Counted from the first letter of the stretch, positions 1-15,600 are shown. The stretch is DNA of 64,000 nt from Tubulanus polymorphus (GCF_964204645.1 NC_134032.1:5382275-5446274), one strand, 5' to 3'. Translations and numbers: made by a program. Notes: generated by a model from the sequence alone, not told the origin.

Positions 1-443
1 TTAGAGTAATTTTAGAGAGACATTGAATTTTCACATTTTATTATTTAGTCCGTATTGAAAATCCCGATAGTGGCAATCAAATCAAATCAATAAATTCTCT
101 GATTCGCCATTTAAATCATCAAATATTTTATTATAAAACACGTTTTCAAAGTCAACAAGTAACTAATTAATTTATTTTAGTACAAAGGTTTGATTTGACA
201 CTAAAATCAGTTGTTACATTGCAACTAACAGGAGTTAACCTCTATATGATACTTTAGCGTCAGACGTTGTACGGAACCGAAACAATGACTGGTATTCAGA
301 CTAGGCTGGCCTATAAATAAATTGATTTCGTCAAGCCTTCAGTTGTCCTCTCTGTGGGTAGAGCACTGGACTATGATTAGATATTTTTCCCACATGGTCT
401 CGAATGCCTATATCATGAGTCAGAATTGTATTGCGTTGCGCAT

Positions 444-530
444 GTACTAACCAGACTCCCGTACCCACAGCAGTACTAACCAGACTCCCGTACCCGCAGC
501 AGTACTAACCAGACTCCCGTACCCACAGCA
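444..530 (+). repeat. Minisatellite, 3 x 29 bp (GTACTAACCAGACTCCCGTACCCRCAGCA)
   Basis: Three near-identical direct copies read from the sequence. Confidence 0.85.
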
Positions 531-613
531 CTTCCGTAACCGTAGACATATGCGTTTTTATATTGGCAGATCCTCAATGATACTGATTGTAACCTTTTCT
601 CTCTTGTTTTCAG

Positions 614-3600
614 ATGAAAGCAGTTTCAATTATAAAACTTCGCAGGGCAGTTCACAGAATAAATTTGGTGTCTTGACCAGAATTGTCAAATTCATGAAGG
701 TACTAAGCCTATATTGGGCTATAATGAGGTTGCTAGATATTGAATAATATATTATTTGTCTACCTATGCATATTTTGTAACTAAAATCAATTGCAAACTT
801 GTTACTTGTGGCATGTTCTGTGATTGTGGTGAGTTTCAAGGTCATTGGTTTCTGTATATCAGTGTTGTCAAAACGTGTTGATAACTAGTAACTTTTACCA
901 CCCAGACAATGCTCAGTTACCAGCCGGCAAAAAAAATACAGATACCCCTGATATACCGCGCACATCGGTGCAGAACGATTTTGGCGGTATATAGATTATG
1001 GGGGTATTTCGGGGTTGTTGTACTATGTATTTGTATTGTGGTCTACATTGAGAAAATCTGGCTGAAGACAGGGGTGGCGGGATATCTGGGGTTGACTGTA
1101 TTTAAAGAGGCTCCCAGGTTATTGAAGTTTTTTCTTTATTCCTTGATTGAAACTAGTGCTTTTCTTTTTTGTCGTCACCTGGAAACCTATTTAGACAATT
1201 TTTAGAAGTAATTTAGTAAGTTACAATATTCAATATTTCAATATTCAAATGTTTTATCTTAAAAACCAAAGTTTTTCATGAATTTTGATAGTTTTATAAT
1301 GTTCCAAAAGCAGGGTAATTGTTTCATCTTCAATGAATAAAAGAGGTAAGGGTCCTCAACACACGCATACCTGTGAATTGGATAAATACTTTTCAAGTTA
1401 TCTTCCAAGTACTCGCATTCTATATCCCATGAAATAGGTCAAGAGGAAACCTGATATGTTGGCGTCTCTAATGCATGAGACTGACCGTGAGAAACCTATC
1501 TCTAAAAATTAGCTTGTTGTGTTCTAGTTATTCTAGAGTGCGAAATAAAGTGAGCTCTCCATTTATGAGGCTGTCCATGGGATCACCATTTTTCATTTCA
1601 AATATCAATTTCAAGTTGTTAATGTTGTTAGATCAATAAACTAGGGGTCCATGGACACCTTGCCCACTTGGTAAGTGCTTTGAAATGCTAGAAAATCTAA
1701 CAGTTTCAATATTCAACACCCCTGGTGAATATATACCGCAACCAAAGGCATTGAAACCTACCACAGTCATAGAACATGTCATGAGCTACAGTTTGGCAAA
1801 CTGATTGTAGTAGCAAAATATGCCTAGGTGCCAATGGGTACATAATAAGCAAACACTAAGTTATTCTGCTATTCAATTGCCCCCTGGTACATATACAAAA
1901 ACCATAACCCTGAAACTCACCACACTTATAGACAGGTCATCAGCTACAATTTTGCAATTGATTGTGGTAACAAAATATGCCTAGGTACCAACATAATATG
2001 GAAATACTAATTTATTCCACTATTCAACACCCCCTGGTGACTATATACATATACCAATGACATTGATACTTACCACTCACTATCATAGAACATGTCATGA
2101 GCTACAACTTAGCAAACGATTGTGGTAACAAAATTTTGTTGAATACTTTTTCAATGCTGTTGTATTGCATCCAGTGTCCAAAATTAATAGATTCGTTCAG
2201 AATAATATTCATTAAAAAAATCTTCCAATTTTAGACCCTTTACCCCTTGTTTGTAATTGCGAACTACAAAACCAGGACTGTGGCGATAGAGACCGAATGG
2301 CTTGATAAATATTTAATATTCACCAAAAAATCTAAATTAACAGGTGCAGCTCTGTATGATAATAATTATTATACAGAGCTGCACCTGTTTTTTTAAATTC
2401 ATTTGTATTTAACCGAGGCTATTTTACGTATAAACAGTACACAGAGCTGCCAACCATTCTGAATTTTCCATAACTTTACTGTAATATCGTGTGAAAATAT
2501 GGCGTTCAGTTTTACAGGGCTGCCAATGTCTCCGATTTCGGCGGAGTTTGCTACGGTAAAACCAGTAGAACTCCGGTGCTACGGGAGTGGTGAAAAAACT
2601 ACGCTCGAGCGTCCGTCTCATTCCGGTACTCCGCCGAAGAGTCAATCGAATACGCCCATAATCAATTTCACTCCGGTGTTCCGTTAGAATGCCAATCGAA
2701 TACGCTCAAATTTATTTCACTCCGGTGTTCCGTTAGAATGCCAATCGAATACGCTCACATCAATTTTGTCATTGTTAAATCCTATCCACAGAACGGTAGT
2801 CTTTGGTTTGTGCGCATGCGCAGTTATCAATAAGCGATCATGTAATGTGATAGTCGGAGGTTGGATTAATGTTTTACCTGTAAACATGGCGGCATCGTTG
2901 TCTGATTCGGCAAACGAATCAAATTCCGATGATGATGATGAAAGAGAATCGGAAGAAGGTGAAGTAACTGCGAGGAAGAGAAAATCCAAACAAGGGACTA
3001 GAAACGAACAACTGAATAAAAAAACCCGTGTCGCCAATCAAAAATTCAGAGCAGAATATACGTCCAAATATCCGTGCATTGTTCCATCTCAAATATCAAA
3101 TAGTTATGCACTGTGTACTGTCTGCAACCTTGATTTTCTTGTTACACACGGTGGGTTGACAGATGTCAGGAAACATTGTGAAGAAAGCAAAAGTCACGAA
3201 GCTAAGGCAAAAGGTTTAAAATCACTCACTATTTCACATCAAATACTCCAACAGCAGACGAATTGGTAACCCTAAGGGCGGAGGTGATGTTTATTAATTT
3301 TTTGGTCGAACACAACATAGCTTTTGCAGTATCAGATCATGCTACACGACTCTTTAAAAAGATGTTCAAAAAAGATTGTGCAAACTTCTCATGCGGGAGA
3401 ACAAGGTCTACCGCAATCATGCGAGTCTTGGCTAACGAGGTGAAAGCACAAAACGTGGAGCAAATGGGACAGAGCCCATTTATTATTGGGACGGAGGGAT
3501 CCACATTTAACAATGATACTTTCTACCCGATAGTGGTTAGATACATAGATGCAAATGGCAATATCCGCACGGAACTTTTACACAACCAATGCAAAATGAA

Positions 3601-6600
3601 TCGCATACCGGAGTTAGTATATTTGAAGTGATCCGAGATGAATTTTCAAAGCACGATATAGATTGGTCAAAATGTCTGGCCCTAGCTGCGGACAATACGA
3701 ATACAATCGTCGGTAGACACCGAGGAGTGATTAGATTCATTAGAGACAAACATAAAGACTGCTTTTTAGCCGGATGTGTGTGTCATCTATTGGCTTTGGC
3801 TACTAGAAAGGCAATTACAGCCTTCCAAGCGGATATTGATTTTGACAACATCTTAAAACTCACAAATTGGTACCTGGAAAAGTCAAGTAAACGAAAAGCA
3901 AAACTATCCAAAATTCAAAGAGATAATAACATTCCTGAAGCAGGCTATAATTAAACATGTACCAACTAGATGGCTTTCTATGCGGCCTGCTTTGATCAGA
4001 CTTCTAGATCAGTGGAGGGCATTAGAAATATTCTTCAACGAAGAATGTGCTGTGAACGAGCCAGGTGACGAGGGGCAAGGTGATGATGATTTAGTCAACC
4101 CAGAAACAGTAAAAGCAACATTAAAAAAGTTTTTCAATAGGAGGAAAACAAGATTATATGCTGCCTTCTTGGTGAAAGCACTCGAGGTAATTTGTGTTAA
4201 CAGTATCAGTAATCAATAGAATATTTAATCAGTCAACAACAGGCCTAAGGTTTTGAAATTTTAGGCTAAACAAAAATGATACCTTGTTTTTCTGCTTGTT
4301 TTTAAACTGCAATAAACTTTTATCTTTTAGAGTCTTGAGTTCACAAACGAAAGTCTGCAGATGAATCATGGCACCATACACATCGTGAAGAGGAGTTTGG
4401 AGAGATTATTCCAAAATTTGCTGGTCTGTTTCACAAAGCCTGCTGCACTGAAAAGTACTGTCTGTGTGTCTTGTCCACTGATTTCACCAGCAGATATAAC
4501 ATAAAGGTTAGTAATATATTCCTCATTTAGAGGGGGTTCCAGCAACCAGGAATCAATTTTGTTGATTCATGGATTTTTAGACTAATACTACCATACTAGT
4601 CCCTAGCCCTCTACTAGTTATGGGAGTTGCTTGGTATTTTACAATCGTTCAGATCAAATCCAGGCCATCATTTTTGGCCAACTAATCAAGAAAGCATAGC
4701 CATAATTTTTTTTAATGTGGTAGGCCCCTATTAAATGTTCCTTTTCTAAATCATCATCTGGGCAGAGTCGTCTTTCGTCGATGTTTGTATACTCTGTTAG
4801 ATAGCTGGTGAAGATGAGGCATTTTCTGCACTTCCCATGGGAGGGCGGGAGGAGCAGTATTTTCAGAATGGTTCATCATTGATCTTCAACACATGACAAT
4901 TTGAAATAAAAGATAAATTGATTGATTGATGTTGACTTTATTTTTTACTCAGTGCACAGATATAAACTTAGAAAGTGCTACATTTTCAATCTCCTCAATC
5001 AAAGGGCTTAGGCCAATTCTCGCTTTATTTTGTCAGTATTGATTACCTCAAATAGCCTTTCTAATCGGGGACGGGTAAGTGTAGTACTTACAAATTTGTA
5101 AAAAGATTCATACAAATTTGTAGTTGGTATAGTCTGTTTTATTTAACCCTATCGTGCCTAGGGTAAGATGAATCACAACTGCCTGGATACTGATAATCTG
5201 TCCCAGCTTTAGTTTTGTCTAGCAAGCTGGTGCTGCCACCTGGTTTTCAACCTTACTAATTCTAAACCAGCTGTGTAAATAGCGATTTTATAATGTTTTG
5301 GCCTGGTTTGAACATTGTATGATTTAAATTGTAGGACAAGAAAGATATAGTAATTGGAACCAAGGCCATGGAATGCCTCGCATTGGTGAATAATGACACG
5401 GCATCAGCATTCTACAAAGCAGTTGTCTTATTTTACCAAGCAGCATGTTCTTATATAAAGGATAAGATCAACCCTGAAAAAGAACCATTGTGGTATCATG
5501 CTCAGGTAAATATCTTCACTGAAATTGATAAGCCACGATGATCAAAGGATTGCTTAAGTTGGGTGCCCTACAACAAGAAAGGTTACTATCGAATGTTTAA
5601 TTATGACGACAGTCAGATTTGCCTTTGATGCAAATTATTTAAATCTATGAATGTAATATACATACTTTCTTTTGTCCCAGGTATAAATGTCATTTGCTCC
5701 ATGTATTTTGAAAAGAAATGTATCTTCTTTGAAATTTCTTTCGCTTCAGGTGGCTGATATCACAAGAAGGCAGAACTCGTCATTTGCTAGTATTAAATAT
5801 TTCCTCGAGAGATTTGGTTGCCTGTCAGATGTTATTGACCAAGATGAGTTACATATGGAGTTCCTGAACTTCCAGTCATTACAAGATTCCGAATTACCTC
5901 AAGAGTTGTTTACCATTCCATCATCAAAAGACATCAACGAACCACGTCCTATTGAAGATCAGTGGAACATGTTGGGGAAATTAACAGATTTCAACCATGC
6001 TCCAAGGTATTATTATTGCCTATTCACATTTTCATTAAAGTTTATTTGCACTGGTTCATTTTCTTTTACCCCTATAGTCAACCATTAGTATTATGAATCA
6101 CGCCCGTCCCATCCAATGTTAAATGTCTCCTAAACCTTTGCTGATTTAATAAGCTACCATCGACTCTGCAGGAAGAGTACCTGGAGTGGTATAAAGTATT
6201 ATGTGTATTTAAAATTGAGTTCAACGCAATGGACATTGCCACAATGTCAGTGTTAATTATCTAATGCAGAATTAGTATTGTTGTTATAGTATGTGTGCAC
6301 ATTTATTCCTTTGAAAAATTTGATACTGACTAATTGTTCCAATGCATATTTCTCCACATATGTTCATGCCACTTCACAAATCTTTTTAGGTTCAAGCAGC
6401 TAGAGAAATTTATGATGTGTATACTTCTTATTCCGGTATCGAATGCCCCTTGTGAGGGTGTTTTCCACTGTTAAAAAAAACAAAACGATCTTCAGGAGTA
6501 CATTGAAACCAGAAACCTTGGAGTCGATGATGATCCTAAAAGCAGGCTGGGGCAACTGTTACGACTTTAACCCATCAGAAGAACTTCTAAGAAAAGCTAA

Positions 6601-9600
6601 GGCTGCAACATTTCGGTACTTACAGGAAAAACATTAATTAGTAAATAATTAAACTGTTTCTAGACATTGAATTCTCAGAAGAACCAAGGAAAGTAGTTAT
6701 CTACATGAGTTTATTATTAGCCCACTTGGGACTTTAGTCCCAGCGGGCTATTGCGTTCACTTTTCGTTCGTTCGTCCGTCCGTCCGTCTGTCCGTCCGTA
6801 GACGGAATCCAGTTATTTTGGAAAGTTTTGAAGACTCTTCTATGGATTGTCTTGATATATAATTGGCAGCCATCTTAGTATCATCAGTTCTCATTCGCAG
6901 GTGGAAAAAGGTTTTTTGAGGAAAATATCTTCAGGTTTTAACTTATAGTCTTGATACTTAATTATTATTAGCACTGTCATAGGATACATCTCCTCACTTT
7001 GAATTGGGATCACCCAATTCTTTTTTCTTGCCACCAGGGGGAGTTAGATATTGAATAATATACAATTTGTCTATTTATATTGGTAACTATGCATATTTTC
7101 TGACCACAATCGATTACAAAGTTGTAGCTCATGACATGTTCTATGATAGTGGTGAGTTTCAAGGTCATTGGATTTTGTATATGGTCACCAGGGGGCGTTG
7201 AATATTGAAATTGCTTGAGCATTTCAAACCACTTCCCAAGTGGGCATGATGTCCCTGGACCCCTAGTTACTATAGTGTTTATTTTTCTGCAGTTGTGTTT
7301 GTAGATAAGTTAATGGAGTTGTACTGTTTTATGTGCATTTATCAGAGTTTATTAGTTGGTTAGTTTGTGGTATATGTAGTATTAATCAAATATGGACCTT
7401 GTGCATTACAGCCTTTGTGATGAAAAAAAAGGTATTTTTTGAGAGCAATGATATCAATAATGTGTAAATCTAATGTGTGTATATTTCTTTGTGAAGGAGA
7501 GTTTAACAATCAATTTTTTAATAAATACAAACAGAATTTTATCATTATTTTGTGTTTTTCTTGGTATTATCTGGTCGTTTCAGCTGCTACTGAGAATCAA
7601 TGATTTGTTACTATCACTAGAATGTTTGTTTTGCCCTGCTACTGACTGAAATAAGAAAACTACTATCAAAATTGTATTGTGTTACTGCAAAATAAATTGT
7701 GAAGTTGGCAGGTCTGGTTTTAGCCCACTTGGGCAGGGATGAAAGTCTTCGGATCCGCAGATTTCCGCAGTTAGAGGTCCATTTTTATCATTCTTGAGGT
7801 CGATGTAGATCCGTTGAGAAAATGATAGGGGGGGTAGGGTCTTGGGGGAAAAGTTGATGTTAGATTGTAGCATACTTAAAGAACAGACTGTAAAAGCGTC
7901 TCAAAAAAGCGGTGCTACGATCTCTGAAATGTTTTTTTTTTTTCAAGATCATTACGAAACACCACTTGTCTAGAACCACTGTGCGAGCAATAATATATAT
8001 ATATATTCATGCAATAGTGCTGCACAGGAAATCTATATTTAGAATCTGTGGTTGCGCGCTTCAATTCATCGAACAAAGCATAGCCTGCATGCTCAATTAA
8101 ACTAGTCATTGTTTTAATTCAGGCGCAATAAGCTTGGCTTGAGTGATAGATTGGAAAGTTATAGATAGTGGCTTCTCTTGCAACTCAACTATTTATTGAC
8201 AAGTTCATTTAAGTATGAACATGTTCTAGTGATTTGGATATCGTCGGAGCCATCCTTTTCGTGTACTGAAGACATGAACAACCGACGATCAACCGCGTGG
8301 CAGCAGTCTTATTTTTTCATTGGAAAATGGGCCTCAAATGCGCCAAAAACTCATCAAAATTTCTAAATTTTCTTGGGGGAGGGTCTGCCAAACCCCCCTT
8401 TAAAGGCTTCGGTGCTCGCGGCTGCTAGTTAGCCTCTAAACTTTAATTTCAAATTTTTCCGCATTTTTTAAACGCCTCTGTTTTCATCCCTGCTTTGGGA
8501 GGTTGGTCCCAATGGGCTATTGCATTCACTTTCGTCTGTCTGTAGACGGAATCCAGTTATTTTGGGAAGTTTTAAAGATGCTTCAATGTAATGTCCTGAT
8601 ATTTGGGTTACACATGTATCTTTCCTGAACACATCTTAGGCCCAAAACTGACCCGGTCAGATTCAAGATGGCCGACTGCCAGCCATCTTTATTCGCCAAA
8701 ATCAATACTCTACACATTTTCATGGGCTTGCATGCCTGCAAGCCCATATTGCTATCACACGGATTGATAACTTGCTTGGGGAGTCGATAACTTTCGTTAG
8801 AAACTTTCTTGGGCTCTGATATTTACACACATTTAATGCAGTGAAAAAATCTAGCTTCCTTTCGTATATTTGCTATATCGGTTGTCATTTTCATTGTTTT
8901 ATGATTTTGTTTACTCGTTTTTGTTATTTCAGCAGCGTATACTGAGAAATTGGTATCTTGAAATTGGTATTCATGCGCGGCATAGTGCTGCCGACAATTC
9001 AATTCATTCTTTATTGACAATTAAAATTTCACAAAACATTTAGTTTCACGTTTTTAAAAATTTCTAAAAATTTTCTTTTACTTTCATTGGGTGCTTGCGT
9101 TAGTGGCCATTTGAAAAATCTCTGTATGAACATTTAAATTTTTCAGTTTAAATATCTAAAACTTAAAAACCGCTTTTCTGTAAAATAAATTCTGAATTGA
9201 ATTGAAGACTGGTTCCCTGGGGGCGGTAGTCTATGATGGCAATAAACTTTATCGGATGATCGTAGTGGATTGTCATTTGAAGGAAATGCAACTTATTCTT
9301 GCTTAATGTCTTTATTATTTTAAAAAGAAAAATCGTGGCTCCTATCTATTTTCGTGTTCGCTTCTCTTCACTTGAAGTTACTCGAGTTGGTCACGTTTTG
9401 TCTTTCAGTTGTAAATGTTTCTATGCAAAATCATTTCAACACAATCCGATAAGTAATCTAGCAATTATCAACATGATGATAGATTCCGTTACCGTTAAGA
9501 CACTACAATATTCAAATAACAACTATCCAAAAGCTTGCACTAACTTGGTCCACGTCTACAATACAACCATTCCGATCCCTATTCCCCGTGTGTAACATTT

Positions 9601-12600
9601 CATGTAGTGATGTAAGACAACACCGATCTCTTAGCTCTTTAAAAAGTAATCAGTTCCAAGTTCGATTAATTCTACCACACAAATACAAAACCACCAAGCC
9701 AACTTTCAGCACAACCATGTCAGCAAGCCCATTTTTAGAATTCCTTTCTTGTTCAAGTTTTCGAGGCGAATAGAAGACGCTTTAATCAATTATCTTGATC
9801 TTTCTGATGTATTTGTATCCCCCAGAGCCCATCAGCATAAGAAAAGTTGGGTCAATTGGACCTTTTTAGTGCCCAAAAATGTCAATTTTGGCCCAAATTT
9901 CGAGTCCTTTAGCTTCCTACTGTTTTGCCATTTTTCATTGAAATTTGTGATAGCTATTCTACGGAAAGGAATCTTTATACCTTTTTACCTGAGACATGTA
10001 TTTTTGATGAGCCAATCATCACGCAATTGTGGAATGGTCATGCAAAGACATTTAAAAATGTTTTAACACGTTTGCTGCCGCTGACGAGATAAATCGTCAT
10101 GGTGGGTGCACCGCAGTTTGCCATGACGAGTTTTATCATCATAGATTCAATGTCATTTTATAGTGTTATGAATGACCTGGCAGAGGCGAGAAGTCTGGCA
10201 GTATGGAGGGACTAAGATATTGTTTATGGGGGTAACTCAAGTCTGGTGCACACTTGAAATTTTTTCAAAAAAATCTTCAGAAAGCAATGAATTTTAGCTT
10301 CTTTTCTGGCCAATATTTTGAGAGAATATAATGACTAAAATGATTCTATATCATTTTTACAATAAAACTTCTATTCTTTTAGATTTTTTTGGTTTACCTT
10401 TGTCGGCGATATGAAGTTGGCATTGAGCCAATTCATGTAAAATCGCGGTACGTTTTTTAATGTGAGCATTTGTTTCATTGGTTCTCAGCTTAATCGACGT
10501 ATAATCAATGCGATTGAAGACATGGGGAACCTTCGTCGATGACATGGTCAACATTGTTAAATTCTACAAAAAACTTGTTTTGGCGGGAAAATTCTTAGCT
10601 CTCGCGTTTAAAATTGCAATGACCTCGATTGGGGGCGTTTTCTCTACGAGCAAATGTGATTGGCTGATATACGGGGAATTCGGGCGCTACTAAAATAATT
10701 ATGGGAAAGCTATAGAATGGCGTACGTTTCATGGACTAGGTGCCGTATACGTGCGAAACTCAAATGCTCATTACTGGTGAGAATGTAATTATCATCTGCC
10801 ATAGGTAATGTTTCATTTTAATACCCGGTGATTGATTTGATTGACATTGAAGTGTAAGCGAACATTCAATTACACAAGGTTTCCACGTGCGCGCGGAAAT
10901 CATTAGATTAGACTGTTAAACACACGCGCGTGCAGTATACACTACTATAGTGATACTGTAATGCTGCTTCCTGGCGCGTTTGCACCGGTATTTCAGCTTC
11001 CACGGCCATACATTCAGCCACCCTCTGATATGTGACATCATATGAATTTTATTTGAATATTTTTTCATATTATGAAAAATATTTCTTTGAAAATATAAAA
11101 AAGTTACCATGCCGCGCCTACCTGTACCCTACGAAATTTTGGATGTGGACCGTAAACAAATGTATATGTGCGGTCTTATTTGACTACAAAGTAATCCTTT
11201 ATGAAAGATAAAATACAATATTTAAACTTGAAGAACTTTGAAGTCACGAATTAAAAAGATTTTTCAAGCAATGCCCTTACCCCAAACAACCTCTAGCTTT
11301 CAAGGTAAACCACACTTTGTCCATGGGCAATTTATTTTTCTATTCCTCTTGTTCAATCATAAGACTAGCTATAGGCCCTAAGGGTACAGCTAGCAGTTGG
11401 CCATAAGGTTCAGTCATTGAACAGCTTAAATACACTCGTGTTGAATCATGGATGTGAAGCTTGTACCCCATTGACTGCATGATCATTAACCTATGCCATG
11501 GGTTCTTGGCGATTGCGCCGAGAGCAGACTATTCAGTGGCCATGGAAAGTATACTTTCTGAAGTTTTACCCTGATAGTATGGATTAAACATGCATTGCAT
11601 AAACACAGTTATTTCCATTCACTTTTCAAATTGAAGCTGTATTACCAGTCAATACTGAAACCCATTATGGAAAGTTTCTTTCTGGTGTTTTCATTATTCA
11701 ATAAGGCAAACCACAGTTAGTCGTGATTACCCTTACAGTTGTACATCGTTGATATGAATCTTGTGTAGGCGAAATGGCCGGAATTGTTGTATTTAATGGG
11801 TTCTTGTGTCCAAATCTTGATTGATAAAGATATCTTAGCTGGTACATGATGGAAAACACCAGAATAAACTAGTTTTTCAGCATTAGTAAAATCGTACTAA
11901 CACAAATTGACTTAAAGTCTGTGGTCCTCCCAATCAGTAATAGGAAAAGTAGGCTTTCATACCAGAGTACGAGAGTACGAGACACCACTCATCACCACAA
12001 GTAATTTTTTTATCTGATAAATGGAGAATGAACAACAGCCAGAAAACAATAATGTTAATAAAAATCAATATTATTGTCCATATTGTAAAAAATACATAGA
12101 TAAATCTAATAAATCTAAACATGAAAAATCTTCAAATCATATAAAAAATGTTATAGATTTTGAAACTCCAGAAAATTCCAATGAAAGAAAAGAACGATTA
12201 GATGATATGAATGTGGATGAAATAAAATGTGAAGTTTGTAATGAATTTATAGTAAAAAGGAATTATAATAGACATCTCGAATCACAAAAACACCACCAAA
12301 ATTTGAGTAATAATGTTTTAGGAAAAGATTATTTTGATGATAAACCTCAAAAAGTAAAAAAACCAACTTCAAAAACTAAATCCATTTCAAATAAACTTAC
12401 ATTGAAAATGTTAGAAATGATATTGATTCACTAGAAATAAAAGATACAATTGAAATTTTAGAAACATTACATAGTAAAATTGGTCCTGCAGCTATTATAT
12501 TTAGATTTTTTAAAGGTACAACAATAGAAGATTATAGTTAATCTAATGAAATAATAGAAAAAATACTTGATGTTGAATATCCAAAAATTAGTATCGCTGG

Positions 12601-15600
12601 GATAGTAAGTTTTATAAAGTCAGAAGAAAAAATGGATTATAATATTCAAACACTCTGAAGAAATAATTTCAAAAACGCAAATAAAAGAGAAGTTAGAAAA
12701 AATATTTAATGAATTTAAACGTCATATTGAAGAAAGATATTTTGAGGGTTCTGGCTTAACATTGAATGAAATTGTATATTTAGATTTAAATGTTTATAAT
12801 ACAAAAAGAAATAAAACATCAAAAAGTAATAAAATGTTTAAAAATGATTCAAACTTTACAACAGAAAAGGATATTAAAGCATCATCTTATATTAAATTAC
12901 CATTTACAACAAAAGCAGTAATAAATATTCAAAATGAAGATAATAAATGTTTTCTATGGTCAATTTTTAGTTGCTTACACCCAACAGAAGATATTACGCA
13001 TAGTTTTAGAATAACAAATTACCGGAAATATGAAACATTATATAAAATTGATCAATATCCAGAAACTATAAAAATGATACCCAAAAAAGAAAAAATTAAT
13101 AATTTAAAAATAAATGTATTTGAATTAATGCAATTACCAAAGACAAAAGGTGAAAATATTAAAGATTATACATTGGAAGCTTTATATTTAACAGAATATT
13201 ATGATGATGAAAATGCTATAGATTTGTTATATTACTAAAAGATGAAAATGAACATTATATGTGGTTAAAACAAATTGATTTATTCTTTAGAACAGAAAGT
13301 GATCCCATAATAAAATGTATCTATGTAGAAAATGTTGATCTAAATTTATGACTGAGAATACATTATCAAAACATAAAGAATTATGTGATAATAAAGATTT
13401 TTGTAAATTAATAATGCCAACAGAAAAATATTATCAATTGAAATTTACTAATCATAAATTTAAGAATATTGTTCCATTTGTAATTTATGGGGATTTTGAA
13501 TCGTTGAATAAAGAATTAACTGATCAAGATAGAAAAGAAATATACAATAAAAAGCAATTATTAAAATCAATGGATAAAGGAAATGAATTAAATGAAGACA
13601 CAATACAAGATCCACCAACTATAAACACAATTAAAAAAGTTCATCAAAGAGCTGCTGCTTATGGAATTTATATAAAATCAAATTATCCTGAATTATATGA
13701 AAGTCAATATATTTCTTTTAGAGGTGAAGATGTAGTTAATAATTTTTGTAACAAAATAATTGAATTAGAAAGTGATTTTGCAGAATTATTAAACAAAAAT
13801 AAAAGAATAGTTATGACAAAAGAAGATGAAGTTGATTTTAATTATGCAACCCATTGTTATTATTGTGAAAAACGTTTTTATTCATTTGATAAAAAAGTTA
13901 GAGATCATGATCATTTAAATTCAAAATATCGTGGAGCTGCTCATAAAGATCGTAATTTACAAGCTAAAAAAGTAAATTTCGTTTCAATATTATTTCATAA
14001 TTTATCAGGCTATGATACCCATCTATTTATAAAACAATTATCGGGAAAATTGGGCGCAATTAATCAAGAAATAGAAGAATATAATGCTATGAATGGTGTA
14101 AATGTAAGAAAATATGATTTTAAACTATTAGCTAAAACATCTGAAAATTATATTTCATTTCAATTTGGTTGCATTAGATTTTTAGATTCTTATAGATTTC
14201 TAGCAAGTTCATTAGATAATTTAGCAAAAAATTTAGTTGATAATGATTTTGTCATAACTCGATATTATTATCCAAATGAACAAGATTTTAAATTATTGAG
14301 ATATAAAGGCGCAATACCTTACTGATTTTATAAAACGCATGATGATTTCAAAGAAATAAAATTAATTAAAGAACAATTTTATGATCAATTAAAAAATGAG
14401 TACGTGAAAGATGAAGTTTTTGAAAGAACGATTAATATATGGAATCATTTTAGAATAAAAAACCATGGTAAATTAGTAGATTTGTATCTAAAATCTGATG
14501 TTATGATATTAGCCGATATATTTGAAAAATTTAGAGAAGTCAATTTGAATCATTTTAATGTTGATCCCTGCTATTGCTACTCTAGTCCAGGTTTAACCTG
14601 GCAATGTGGATTAAAATTTACAGATATAAAATGGATTTGTTAACAAATATAGATATGGTTTTATTATTTGAAAAATCAATTAGAGGTGTAATTAGTGGTG
14701 TTATGGGAGATAGATATTTTAAAGCAAATGATGAATATAAATTATTGTATATTGACGCCAATAATTTATATGGCTGGGCAATGATGCAACCTCAACCATA
14801 TAAAAATTTTGTATTAACAGAAGTTGAAAATGGTGATAAAACTGATTGGGAAAGCGCAATTGCGAGTTTAAAAGATGAAGCACCAATTGGTTATTTCTTT
14901 GTAGTTGATTTAGAATATCCTGAAAATATGAAGTTTAAAACAAGAAACTTACCTTATTGCCCAGAACATTTAACTGTAGATGATAGTTATTTAAGTGAAT
15001 ACCAGAAGAAAATAAAACCGAAAGATCATGTTTTTACAGAAAAATTAATACTTACTCAAAATAATAAATACAATTATATCGTTCATTATAGAATGTTAAA
15101 ATGTTATCTAAAACAAGGAATGAAATTAAAGAAAGTACATAGATATATTGAATTTAATCAATCGAAGTGGTTAGAAAAATATATAGATTTTAATACTCAA
15201 CAGAGAACCATATCTAAAACAGATTTTGAAAAAGATTTCTTCAAATTAATGAAAAACAGTTTTTATGGTAAAACATGTGAAAATATTAGAAATAGAAATG
15301 ATATTGAATTAGTAAATAATTCTGAACGATTACGACATTTACAATCAAGTCCTAGACATTTAGGAAATAAAAGATTTGAAGATTATTTAACAGCAGTTAA
15401 ATTAAAAAGAACGTCAATGAAATTTAATAAACCTATATTCATTGGTTCAACTGTTTTAGAAGTATCAAAATTATTAATGTATGATTTGTATTATAATGTT
15501 TTACAACCACTTTTTGGGGAAAAGCATATTGAAATATTATATTTTGATTCTGTAACATCTGACACCCCAATATTATTAAATGTAATGATAAAATATTGAT

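Larger units (their letters stand above)
2515..7716 (+). mobile_element. hAT-superfamily DNA transposon (decayed autonomous copy)
   Basis: Imperfect TIRs CAGGGCTGCCAA (2515) and TTGGCAGGTCTG (ending 7716), GTTTTA on both flanks (2509-2514, 7717-7722), and an internal transposase gene. Confidence 0.75.

Noticed and set aside
550-747. Stand-alone 65-aa ORF (likewise 31163-31438)
   Set aside because: These are GTF2E2 exons read through into intron sequence.
2886-6637. Domesticated ZBED-like host gene
   Set aside because: Multiple frameshifts, retained TIRs and TSD, and a second partial copy nearby indicate a dead transposon.
10062-10215. Possible piggyBac-like MITE starting at TTAA
   Set aside because: I could not find a convincing matching TIR and TTAA at the other end.
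7010-11110. Many 60-105 aa ORFs here and at 32848-38462, 44911-48593 and 53341-56532
   Set aside because: No recognisable motifs. They overlap repeats or are antisense shadows, so they are treated as chance ORFs.
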